Assembly (NCBI GenBank): GCA_964608955.1
Contig: CAZSQC010000004.1
Span: 1-35,392 of the forward strand
Source: an uncultured Planctomycetales bacterium
GTDB lineage: Bacteria > Omnitrophota > Gorgyraeia > Gygaellales > Profunditerraquicolaceae
Reading direction: 5' to 3'
Length of the DNA: 35,392 bases
The notes beneath the pieces were generated by a model. It did no database searches, had not been told where the DNA came from, and saw only the letters and a program-made list of their open reading frames with translations. Shown piece after piece: positions 1 to 9,900 of this stretch. Position 1 is the first letter of the stretch. Every line of letters starts with the position of its first letter. Made by a program: the position numbers and the translations under genes.

Positions 1-855
1 AACAGGCTTTTTGCATTTTGGACACTCTCCCTTATGCTCTTTTGTTTCCTTAGGAGACCATCTTATACCACAAAGACGGTGCCCGTCAAAATGATACTTA
101 CCTTCCTCCGGAAAGAACTCTATTGTATAAAGAAATCTTTTCTTATCCTTTGTCTTTAACACTTCTCTGATTGTTTTATAATCCATCTCGCAGTTAAAAA
201 CATTCGCCTCGCGTCCGATCTTCTGCGGAGAATGGCTATCCGAATTGCTAATCAGGGTAAATCTGTCCAGCGCCGATAAGCGCCAGTTCATTGCCGGATC
301 GCTGCTAAGCCCGGTCTCCAGAGCAAATATCTTAGGAGTCTCCTTTTCAAAACAATCCTCTATCCTGTCAAACCCGGACATTGAACCAAAAAGCGAAAAC
401 CATGGGGTCCAGATATGCCCCGGCACAATCATGCACTCTGCGTCAATATCAAAAACGATACGGGCGAGTTCCGCCGCATCCAACCCCAAGATAGGCCTGC
501 CGTCAGAGGCTAAATTACCGATTTTACCAAGCCTCTCATTTATTTTATCTACCGTCTTAAAAGAAGGAGCAAAGATAAGATTATGAATTCTGTAGGTTCT
601 GTTATTCTTGGAATATATACTGCTTACTTCGGCAGTCAGTATAAAATTAATACCGTTATATTTGTAAAGCCCGTTGCCGCAGTCTTCGAGATAATGTTTT
701 AATTCTTCCAGCCATAAATGATGGGTAAAGTCTCCCGTACCCATCAAGGCAATACCTTTTATCTTCGCCCATTCGCTTAAAGACTTTACTTCCATGTTGC
801 GGCTGGTAGCGCGTGAATACTTTGAATGTATGTGAAAATCTGCTATGAATTCCAT
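1..855 (-). CDS. PHP-domain endonuclease Q-like protein (TIGR00375-like); first 285 codons only, runs off the left edge
   Basis: Absent from the ORF track because it has no in-window stop. My minus-strand translation from ATG 855..853 stays open to position 1: MEFIADFHIHSKYSRATSRNMEVKSLSEWAKIKGIALMGTGDFTHHLW...GHIWTPWFSLFGSMSGFDRIEDCF...LISNSDSHSPQKIGREANVF...GECPKCKKPV. The HIHS.YSRA, GTGDFTH, HIWTPWFS.FG and SDSHSP motifs match the PHP metal-ligand pattern I recall for EndoQ-type proteins, and the CxxC at the edge fits their Zn finger. The start overlaps the pyrC stop by 13 nt. Confidence 0.75.
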   Translation of the reverse strand, partial: MEFIADFHIHSKYSRATSRNMEVKSLSEWAKIKGIALMGTGDFTHHLWLEELKHYLEDCGNGLYKYNGINFILTAEVSSIYSKNNRTYRIHNLIFAPSFKTVDKINERLGKIGNLASDGRPILGLDAAELARIVFDIDAECMIVPGHIWTPWFSLFGSMSGFDRIEDCFEKETPKIFALETGLSSDPAMNWRLSALDRFTLISNSDSHSPQKIGREANVFNCEMDYKTIREVLKTKDKKRFLYTIEFFPEEGKYHFDGHRLCGIRWSPKETKEHKGECPKCKKPV

Positions 856-2126
856 TTATGAACTTTCCCCAGGCATATAGTATATTCCACAGCCCCTTTA
901 AGCTTCTCCCCCAGAAAAGCGGAGTTCTTGGATTTAGAAAGAAGGTTTTCTTTATTTACTGTCCATTCTTTCTGCGGATCGATTATGGCTATATCAGCGT
1001 CTCTCCCGGTTCCGAGCGTCCCTTTAGCGATCTTTAAGATAAGACTAGGATTAAGACAAAGTTTTTTTACCAGCTCCGGCCATGTTAATATTTGACCGTT
1101 TATAAGCTGGGTTATGCTCACAGCCAGCTCTGTCTGAAGCCCTATAACTCCGAATTCCGCCCTTTCAAATTCGATATCCTTCTCGTTTTCCGTATGCGGG
1201 GCATGATCAGAAGCAATAGCATCTATTGTCCCATCCCTTAACCCCTCCCTTACAGCAAGCATATCTTCTTCGGAGCGCAAAGGAGGATTCATCTTAAAAT
1301 TAGTATCATATCCTAAAACACATTTTTCACTTAAAGCAAAATAATGCGGGGCAGTCTCACAGGTAATTTCCATTCCTTCTTTTTTGGCTTTAGCGATTAT
1401 CTCCACAGACTCTCTGCAGCTTACATGTGCGATATGTAAAGGTGCGCCGGATTTTTTTGCGAGCCTAATATCCCGCTCGATTCTTTTATATTCTGATTCA
1501 CTGGATATCCCCTTTAACCCTAAACGGGTTGAAGTAAAGCCACGATTAACTACACCACCCGCAGACAAAGTTTTATCTTCGCAGTGACAGACTACTAACA
1601 AACCACTTTCTTTCGAGAGCTTTAATGCCTCAAGCATCAATTCTTCGCTCTCCACCGAATATCCGTCATCTGAAATTGCTACTACTCCTAAATCCCTGAA
1701 TTTATCTATCTGCGCCAATTCCTGGCCGCAGCGACCTTTGGTGATTGCCCCACATACAAAAACATTCGCTTTTGCGCTCTTTTCTACCGCTTTTTTAAGG
1801 ATACTAATATGGGAAGATGAATCCATTGCCGGATCAGTATTAGGCATTGCAAGGATACTGGTTACTCCGCCGCGCAAAGCAGCCTTGGTGCCGCTGCATA
1901 TATTTTCCTTATCCTCCCTGCCCGGCTCGCGAAGATGCACATGCATATCCACTAACCCCGGAATCGCGATCTTCCCCGTAGCATCGATTATTTTCTCGCA
2001 GCCCCCGATGCTCCTGGAAACCTTGGAAATAACCGAACCTTCTATCAGAATATCCGCGACTTCGTCTAAGTTATTGGCCGGGTCAATTACCCTGGCTCCT
2101 TTAATAAGCAGCTTGTTCTCTTCCAT
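843..2126 (-). CDS. pyrC: dihydroorotase
   Basis: 427-aa ORF with amidohydrolase/DHOase signatures DMHVHLREPG and ASDHAPH. The N-terminus [11 protein letters not shown] is typical. It lies directly downstream of pyrB in one operon. Confidence 0.9.
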   Translation of the reverse strand: MEENKLLIKGARVIDPANNLDEVADILIEGSVISKVSRSIGGCEKIIDATGKIAIPGLVDMHVHLREPGREDKENICSGTKAALRGGVTSILAMPNTDPAMDSSSHISILKKAVEKSAKANVFVCGAITKGRCGQELAQIDKFRDLGVVAISDDGYSVESEELMLEALKLSKESGLLVVCHCEDKTLSAGGVVNRGFTSTRLGLKGISSESEYKRIERDIRLAKKSGAPLHIAHVSCRESVEIIAKAKKEGMEITCETAPHYFALSEKCVLGYDTNFKMNPPLRSEEDMLAVREGLRDGTIDAIASDHAPHTENEKDIEFERAEFGVIGLQTELAVSITQLINGQILTWPELVKKLCLNPSLILKIAKGTLGTGRDADIAIIDPQKEWTVNKENLLSKSKNSAFLGEKLKGAVEYTICLGKVHKWNS

Positions 2127-3045
2127 CTCTCGCCTGATCCACTAAAAATAAAACCGCCATGCGTACTGCGATACCGTTTGTAACCTGGTCTAAAATTACT
2201 GAATTTTCTCCGTCTGCCACCTGACTGGACATCTCGATCCCGCGATTAATAGGCCCGGGGTGCATTACTACAATATCCTTTTTGGCTTTCTTTAACCTTT
2301 CATGCGTTATGCCGAATTCTTTAAAATACTCCAACTGTTTTGGAAAAGCAGTCTCTCCGTCGCGTTCAAACTGCATACGCAGAACATTAACCGCATCGGC
2401 ATTCTTCAGCGCCTCTTCTATATCATAAGTCACCTTTACGCCAAAACCCTCTATTCCGACAGGAATGAGCATTTTAGGGGCGCAAACAGTCACCTTTGCG
2501 CCCAGTTTGGTCAATCCCCACATATTTGAACGCGCAACGCGCGAATGAGCGATATCTCCCACAATACTGACATTTAAACCTTCGATTCTGCCCAGCTTTT
2601 CCTTAAGGGTAAAAATATCCAGCAGCGCCTGGGTAGGATGCTCATGCCAGCCGTCTCCGGCATTGACCACGCTTAAATTTACATGTTTTGCGAGCATAAG
2701 CGCAGCCCCGGAACAGTTATGCCGCATAACAATAATATCCGCTTTAAGCGCCTCGATATTGCGCCCGGTATCAATAAGGGTTTCCCCCTTTTTAACGCTG
2801 GAGGTCTCGGTAGCAATATTAATCACATCCGCCGAAAGCCTTTTGGCAGCTACTTCAAAAGAAACGCGCGTACGCGTAGAAGGCTCATAAAATAAATTTA
2901 CCACTGTCTTCCCGCGAAGGGCAGGAACCTTTTTTATTTCCCTGCTGGAAACTTCTTTAAAAGATTCGGCGGTTGATAAAATCAGCCCTATCTCTTCTCT
3001 GTTAAGTTCTTCTAACCCTAGCAAGTCTTTTCTGTTCCAGGTCAT
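2101..3045 (-). CDS. pyrB: aspartate carbamoyltransferase catalytic subunit
   Basis: 314 aa with the carbamoyl-phosphate binding motif [21 protein letters not shown] and HPGPINRG. It has a 4-nt ATGA overlap with pyrR and a 26-nt overlap with pyrC. Confidence 0.92.
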   Translation of the reverse strand: MTWNRKDLLGLEELNREEIGLILSTAESFKEVSSREIKKVPALRGKTVVNLFYEPSTRTRVSFEVAAKRLSADVINIATETSSVKKGETLIDTGRNIEALKADIIVMRHNCSGAALMLAKHVNLSVVNAGDGWHEHPTQALLDIFTLKEKLGRIEGLNVSIVGDIAHSRVARSNMWGLTKLGAKVTVCAPKMLIPVGIEGFGVKVTYDIEEALKNADAVNVLRMQFERDGETAFPKQLEYFKEFGITHERLKKAKKDIVVMHPGPINRGIEMSSQVADGENSVILDQVTNGIAVRMAVLFLVDQARDGREQAAY

Positions 3046-3578
3046 TTTTCGAGAATTACTACTTCTTCTGTTCCGTCGGTCTCGGATAAACGCACTTCCA
3101 CGGTTTCGTTCTTAGCAGTAGGAATATTTTTACCGACGTAGTCAGCGCGGATAGGGAGCTCCCGATGCCCGCGATCGGTCAAAACCGCAAGCTGTATTGA
3201 TTTAGGCCTGCCGAAGTCTATTAAAGCATCTAAGGCAGCGCGGATAGTCCTACCGGTGTACAGAACATCGTCAACAAGTATCAATATTTTATCGTTAATG
3301 TCAAAATCTATTTCGGTCTTTCTCACCAAGGGCTGGCCTGAAGCTAAGGCCAGATCATCGCGGTATAAAGTAATATCCAATGCGCCGGATAGAACGTCAA
3401 CCCCTTCAATGCTTTTAATCGCATCTGCAAGACGCTTAGCAAGATAAACTCCGCGGTTTCTTATCCCCACTATACAGAGATCCCGGGTCCCTTTGTTTTT
3501 TTCGACTATTTCATGCGCTATCCTCATCAAGGCGCGGTTAATCCCGTCTTTATCCAGAATTTTAGCCTTTTCTTTCAT
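3042..3578 (-). CDS. pyrR: bifunctional pyr operon regulator / uracil phosphoribosyltransferase PyrR
   Basis: 178 aa with PRTase motif [22 protein letters not shown]. Length and N-terminus are PyrR-like. It is first in the pyr operon and is preceded by a PyrR-type attenuator. Confidence 0.9.
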   Translation of the reverse strand: MKEKAKILDKDGINRALMRIAHEIVEKNKGTRDLCIVGIRNRGVYLAKRLADAIKSIEGVDVLSGALDITLYRDDLALASGQPLVRKTEIDFDINDKILILVDDVLYTGRTIRAALDALIDFGRPKSIQLAVLTDRGHRELPIRADYVGKNIPTAKNETVEVRLSETDGTEEVVILEK

Positions 3579-3750
3579 AAGTGAGCACTTGCGTTATGGA
3601 GTCCGCTTTTACCGCGGGCGACATAACTTATATGTTTGAACTTACCCGGCACTAATTTATCTAACTCCTTAAGGCATAAAACAAACTGGTGCCGGGTTAA
3701 TTCGCGCATTGGCTTACTCACGCTTTGCTTTCGTAAACCAAGCGCTCATT

Positions 3751-3780
3751 AAAAAAATACCCCAGGCCTTTAGCCTAGGG
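3751..3780 (-). terminator. attenuator terminator of the pyr leader
   Basis: Minus strand reads CCCTAGGC-TAAAG-GCCTGGGG followed by TATTTTTTTAA. That is an 8-bp GC-rich stem (one G-U pair) plus a U-tract, about 37 nt downstream of the PyrR-binding hairpin and about 170 nt upstream of the pyrR ATG. Confidence 0.65.
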
Positions 3781-3817
3781 TTATTGTTATTTATCTTCAT
3801 GTATTGCATTCTTTTCT

Positions 3818-3853
3818 CCACCTTGCCTGCCTCTCCGGGCAGGGTTAAAGGTT
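3818..3853 (-). promoter_or_regulatory. PyrR-binding (anti-antiterminator) RNA hairpin
   Basis: Minus strand reads ACCUUUAACCCUGCCCGGAGAGGCAGGCAAGGUGG. The upper stem CCUGCC/GGCAGG closes a purine-rich loop, and the lower stem is CCUU/AAGG. The three elements I recall as conserved in PyrR binding loops (CUUUAA bulge, GAGAGGC, CAAGG) are all present. Confidence 0.7.
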
Positions 3854-3869
3854 AAATCTTATTTGATGT

Positions 3870-3897
3870 AGTATAACACGGGAGAGGTATTTGTCAA
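3870..3897 (-). promoter_or_regulatory. sigma70-type promoter of the pyrR operon
   Basis: Minus strand reads TTGACA (3897..3892), a 16-nt spacer, then TGtTATACT (extended -10, hexamer 3875..3870). Confidence 0.65.
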
Positions 3898-3905
3898 GTC
3901 TAAAT

Positions 3906-3977
3906 TCTTAAAAAGGGGCGCTAATATTCGGGGCCTTCTTATTGGCTGATAAACCTTTTTGGAAGGATCAGCGCCCC
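3906..3977 (-). terminator. candidate intrinsic terminator of the giant ORF
   Basis: On the minus strand, GGGGCGCT (3977..3970, overlapping the TAG stop) pairs with AGCGCCCC (3922..3915) and is followed by TTTTTAA. An inner CCTTC/GAAGG pair is also possible. The enclosed region is unusually long at 47 nt, so confidence is modest. Confidence 0.4.
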
Positions 3978-6900
3978 TAATTTATCAAAACCGGCTCTTT
4001 TTCTGAAACCCGCATTTTCATTAGTTCCTCCTTGATTTGAGCTGCGGGTTTCTCGGATTCAAGCAAAACTAATAGCTGCTTAAGAGAGCTTTCGGTTGAA
4101 ACACAACGCTCTTCCTCCAGCCTTAAGATGTCGGCTATGCAGCTTAAAACCAAACCTAATCTTTCCTTGCAATCATCGGATTGACATGAAAATAGAATAT
4201 ACTCTCTCATGCGCTCAATGGAAGGAATAATCTTTCCGTTCAGCATATTTTGAATCTTATTCCACTCCATATCTAGCTCTAAAGCATCTTTTTTAACCAC
4301 AAGTTTACCTGGGGTGGTTAAAAAGGCTCCGCCTGGAATAGGCTGCGTATTTATCGGAAGGGAACGGAAGTCTATTCCTCCCTTTTTCCCCTCTTCTTCC
4401 CCCGTAACCGGAATAGCGTCCGGACTGCTCTCTTCCGGAAGATCGAACAGAAACTCTTTCAATACCTCATCCAGCGATCTAACAAAAAATCTTTCTGTCC
4501 CAAAAGCAATTTTTTTCTTTTCCAGAACATCCTTCTTTATTTCCAGCTTCTCTTCATGTGTTAAGTGCCGTGAAATCTGCTGTATAACCCATAGCGAATC
4601 CTCATCAAACTTCCAACCGGTTTTCTCCGCCTTAGTCCTGGTATACAAAACAGCGCAATAATCTATTACTCCTTGTATGGCGTTTTTATTCTCTTTTATC
4701 CATTGCTCTAGCTCCTTTGGATTAGACCTGAATCTTTGAGCATCAGGCATAGTTAAAATCCTATTCACATAGTTTTCATAATCCTGCGGGGTCCTAAAAT
4801 AAATTCTCGCCCTGCCGTCTCTTGTAACTAACAATAAAGCGGTGTGCTTAAGGGGCACGTTTATCTCCGGATGGCCGTAAAACAGGTACCTCCCTGCCTC
4901 ATAGTTACGCACATAATCACGCAAATCAAGAGAAGATTCTCCGTTAACCATCACCGAAACCCCTTTAATCTCTGACCTAGACCTACCGGCTCTTCTCTTC
5001 CAAGGAGCAAAGTCAATATTGTCATAAAAGCGCATTGCTGTAAAAACATCCGCTAGCTCCTCTGGAGACCTGATTACGTTTACCTCCGCTAAATCCCTGG
5101 CAATGATTACTTTTTGTTCTCCGAGTAGCATCTGAACTAAGTCCGAACCGCCGCCATATACTAATTCGTCTTTATCTTCAAGTTCAACAAGTTTAACGAA
5201 AAATGGATCTATCTGGCTAGCATCCACCTCTACTGACCAGGTAAACCAACCGTCTCTCTGTGCACGCGTTCCTTCAATAAAACCCGTTATTATTGCAGGA
5301 GGGTTAACTTTTTTAAGCTCTCCTGATAAGCGAGAGTCTCTTTTTGGAGCTGTTTCACGGACACCTCCTAAGGCAACAGCTGCACTGGAACTTCTTGGGC
5401 TTGACTTTTCTTTTAAGAAAGCCGTTATTTTCCCTGACGGATCAATTCTTTTCCAAGCGGGCTGGGCTTGTAAATCCGTTATTCTACTGTGTATATTCTC
5501 TGCTAGATCCTGCGATTTCCCGGTATAAACAAATCCTTGCTCCGGATCGCTCACCCAGGCACGATACCCTTGATTTTCTGATCCGGTAATCATGATATTA
5601 TCGGGCCTTAAATCAAATACATCTACCAGCCCTGTTGATTCATCAAGCATACGCTCAAAAAGCTCAATCACTGCCTTCATCTGCTGATCATTAAGAGGCC
5701 CTAATTGATCGAGCCTTTTATCCAGCTTAGTAGTAACGATAAAATAAAATCCTTCGGCGTCTTCATTTATGAAACCGGAGTCTACAATATCTGGAGAAAT
5801 GCCTTTTCTTGAGAAAAGTTTCCATGCGGAAATATTAGCATTCCTGCCTGGCTTATTCATCACTCTCAAAACATGTCTGCCATCCGGAAGAGCAAAAACA
5901 AAATTAAACATCCCTCCTCCTAAAGGCTTTCCTAAAGATACCCCGTCCAAAGAGATGTCGCCTTCGTCATCTATTTTTATTCTGCGGGAATACGATCCCT
6001 CCCCGCTATCTTCACCTGCTTGGATGTCTCCTCCTAACCCCCTTCCATCAGCTAGTTCTCTTGCCTGACGCTGGTCACGGGCAAGTAAAACCGGAGCTAA
6101 GGCATCGCGTATCCTCTGGGACTGCTCTGGATGCATGGCTTCTGCCATCATGCCAACATGATGAGCCTGCGCATCATTTAATCCTGACTGAATCGCAAAT
6201 GCTTCTGCTATATCGTGAATTAAGATTCTTTCAGCTGCTGCTTTTCTTTCTTGGGGGTTAAGGCTTGAACCGTTAAGGAGGGAGTTTATTTTATCTTGGT
6301 TTACCGAGACTACGCTGCCGTCTGCGCTGACAGAGACGTAAGAGTCCTGGAGATTATTAATAACGATACGTATCTGCCTGCCGTTTACAGTAACTAATCC
6401 CGAGACAACCGTAACTACGCCCTGGCTATTGACGCTTACCGGTATAACCAGGCTACCGCTATTAAGCGCATCTAATACTGTATCTGCGTAACTGCCCAAT
6501 AATTCCAGATTTCCTGTTTCTACCTGTCCGGGGGCGCCTATTGCTTCAGGGGCTCTTTCTGAAGAAAGGCCCTTCTCACTAATATCCTGCGCACTCCCGC
6601 TCGCATCTTTCTTATTATCCGTAACAATCTCTTTCTTAGCTGTAATGATTGTAAAAGGAACCCCCGTTTCTGAGACAAAAAAACCGTTCTCCGCAAGAAT
6701 ACGCCTTGACTCGCTCCTTCCTTCCCTATATAAAGGTATATCTTCATCCTGGCTGTCAGGAACTATGTCTTCATCTATAGGGGTAAGGTGGCCTCCGTTT
6801 ATAATAAGTGCTAGCTGCGGCAAGCTGGCAATCATCTCCAAAGCAATAACATTAGCTTTGCCGTATACCTCGTGAGGGCCTATATTCACTAATGCTACCG

Positions 6901-9900
6901 CGGGCCTGCTTCCTAAATCATAAGAACCCAAGATATTTTTTAGCTCCGGATCTGCTAAATCCTTCTGAACAATCTCTACCCTTTCACTCTCCTGCGACAA
7001 TAGAATTCTTGACCTGGCAACGCTCTGGGCATTATTCTCAATAAGCACCGCTTTCCTTGCTCCCAGTCTGAGCGCAACTAATGAAAGAAGCCCATCCCCT
7101 GCGCCGGCATCAAAAACAACAGCGTCATTAAAATTGCCTGCGTTAGATATCATGGAAGCTATAACTAAAAGAGCATACCGGCTTATCGGCTGTATGGAGG
7201 TGGCATCATAAAAAGTAGGCACTACGAAAATAACATTTCCTTTATATTTCTCATAAAGCTTAGAGGATTTTAGTTTATTCTGTTTCTCCAGAACCTCTCT
7301 CTTAAGGCCTTCTAAGTCACCACTCTCCCTAGTATCTCCAATAACAACAAAAACAATTGGTCCGAAACGGACAACCCGCGCAGCGCCCTCATGAGTTGCA
7401 TCGGATTCAATAGCATATTCATACCCTCCAGCTTCAAGAGTGCGCGGGAAATAGTCATCGATTTTTTTACCGCCTAAAATACTGTTCACTTCTTCTGCCA
7501 AGGCATGCGCTTCCTGATCCGTAACTTTGGTCATTATCCTCAGGCTTTCTTTCTCTTCTGCTGAACCGCTGGGCTGAGAATTTATAACCAAGCTTGCCAT
7601 TTTCACTGCTTGCTCGCTCACTCTTACAACCTCCCTCCTATAGGAAAGGAGTTCCTCATACCTGTACAAATTAGGATCTTTGCTCGACAAAATACTCTTT
7701 ACAGCCGCTGCCGCATATGATTGCAGGTTAAATACATTAATATCCAAACCTAAGCCATATAAATAATTTTTAATTTCATTTGTAATTAATCCGGGATTAA
7801 CCCGATACATAATATGATAATAATAAAACACCATTATTCTGCTAAAAACCTCTTCCGTCGTACCAAGAAACAAGGCTTCGGAGTCTGTTTCTTCTCCTAA
7901 AGCTATTTTAGCTGCCTCTTCCTTAAAGTAACTCCTGAACAATAAGTGCCCCAAGACTTCATGGAGGATAAGAATATCTTTTGCCGCTGGGTTGATTACC
8001 ATCCCGGAAGAAGTTTTCTCCAAAAGGCTTATATCTACAGCAAGGTAAGCCTTGTCTTTCACTCTCGCCAGCCTAACTTTAAACAAAGGAATATTTGTTC
8101 CGACGGCAGAATTTACAAATTTAATCTCCGGCAATCTTAAACCGCTGATCCCAAGCCTGCTTAGCCAACGGGAAAGATACTCCTTAAGGTCTTTTTCTGC
8201 ATCCGGGATTTCTTCTGCCTTGCCAATCAAGCTTTCGTCTATATTGGACCTGTTGGTCCTTTTACGCATAGTTCTGGCTGTTAATATATAATTTTCGTGC
8301 TCGATCTGCCTGCGCTCAATCTGTCCGTGAAGTTCATCGGCAATAAAGTCGGCCAGCTCTTCCGGAGACTTCATAAAACGCGTAACCTTAATAAACTCAT
8401 TCTTATTCTGCTGATTAATCTCAAGCGGGGGAAGGTTCGCGCGCATCAGGTAATAATCCATAAGCAGCTTCGCCACCCTTCTGTTACCGTCGGAAAAATA
8501 CTGTAGATCAGTAAGGGCAAAGTAAACTAAAGCGGCCTGCATTACGGCAGGCATGCTCTTAAATTCTCCCCCTGCAACATAGAGAGATAAGTTCTGCATA
8601 GCCCTCTTAAGGTCATCTCCTCCTCTTAAAAATCCTTTTACTCTGTCCGTATGTTCAACGTCATGCATACGCATCTTCCCCGCAGAAAAACCGCAAAGGC
8701 TTCTGGCTGCCACTGAATGCAACTGCTCGACATGCTTCATAAAACTGAAGATGTCATCTTCAATAATTACGCCTTTTTCAATCCAATTGTTTACCAACCT
8801 GGACGCGTCATTGATATCCCGCATTTCGCTATGAGGGATATCTTTACGGGCGCTGTTAAGATACTCCAGAATATTCATGTATGCTATCTTGTAATTAATG
8901 CGATCATGGAAATAATATTCAAAAAGGCTGGTAATTTTAGATCTTAAATTAAAGGTATCGCGCACTTTCCAGTCCGAACGCTGATTGATATAGACGTCCC
9001 AGAAAATATTTCTCCAAGGAGCAAGATAAATAACCGTAGTAAAAATTACTATGGGTTTATTTAGGATATAGTCAAAAATCCTTTTGACGCTTTCTTTATC
9101 GCTTATCTGGCTTGTTTTTCGTGCGAATACTTTCGCGAATACTACCGGGTCAAAGAACGGGGCAGGGGAAAACGGTTCCGGATTAGGATTATGGGGAAAT
9201 GCCTCCGGGTTCATTAATGCGGCCAGGTGCATCTTCTTTAAATCTTCTACTATTTCCTCTGCTATTTCCTCTTCCGAAGATGTAAGGGAAATCTGAAGGA
9301 CCAACTGCCTGGCATGCCTTCTGTCTCTTTCTATAAGAAGCGGGGACAAAGCATCCCTGATTTTCTGCGAATTAGCGGGGTACATCGCTTCAGCCATCAT
9401 CGCGGAAAAATGGCTATCCGCTAAAGTATTTCCCAGCTGCAACGAATATGCTTCCGTAATTTCGTGTATTATAATCCTCTCTAAAGCATTTATTCTTTCC
9501 GCGACGCTAAGGCCCGTATTTACAAACATCTGATTAATTTTTTGAAGGTTTAAATGCACCTCTGTTCCGTCTGCACTGACAGACCCCAGCAATAACTGTC
9601 TATTATTAATTACTATTTTTATCCTGCGGTTCTCCACATTAAGAACCATTTCTCTCAAAGAAAGCTCCCCGTTAGTATTGCTTACTACGGGGAAAACCAA
9701 AGCGCCTTTTTTAAAAGCTTCGATTACCGTGTCAGCCGGCAGGCCCAGGGAATCTAAATCGCCGGTAGAAACAACCCCGGAAGCGTACTCAAAGTGCCCT
9801 CTATTTTTTTCAAAAATCTCAAGTAGCTCGTTATCTCCTAACTTACCAACTTCTTCTTTAGACACTCCCAGCAAAGATGCAATTGTCTCCTGTGTTGATT

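Noticed and set aside
245-586. A 113-aa plus-strand ORF near the left edge.
   Set aside because: It lies antisense to the well-supported EndoQ-like PHP reading frame, which stays open across the whole 1..855 region.
1384-3447. Plus-strand ORFs inside pyrC, pyrB and pyrR (1384..1587, 1738..2145, 2302..2529, 2663..2895, 3256..3447).
   Set aside because: They are antisense to genes with unambiguous enzyme signatures and have no motifs of their own.
4330-4390. The C-terminal GGIDFRSLPINTQPIPGG stretch of the giant protein, considered as a recognisable sorting or anchor motif.
   Set aside because: I have only a vague memory of GGID-type motifs in large proteins from uncultivated lineages. I cannot name a family or function and cannot verify this here.
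6061-6261. Two identical 66-aa plus-strand ORFs (6061..6261 and 10804..11004) that look like a duplicated small gene.
   Set aside because: They are the antisense shadow of the 503-bp perfect repeat within the giant gene. Their identity is explained by that repeat, and they show no coding features.
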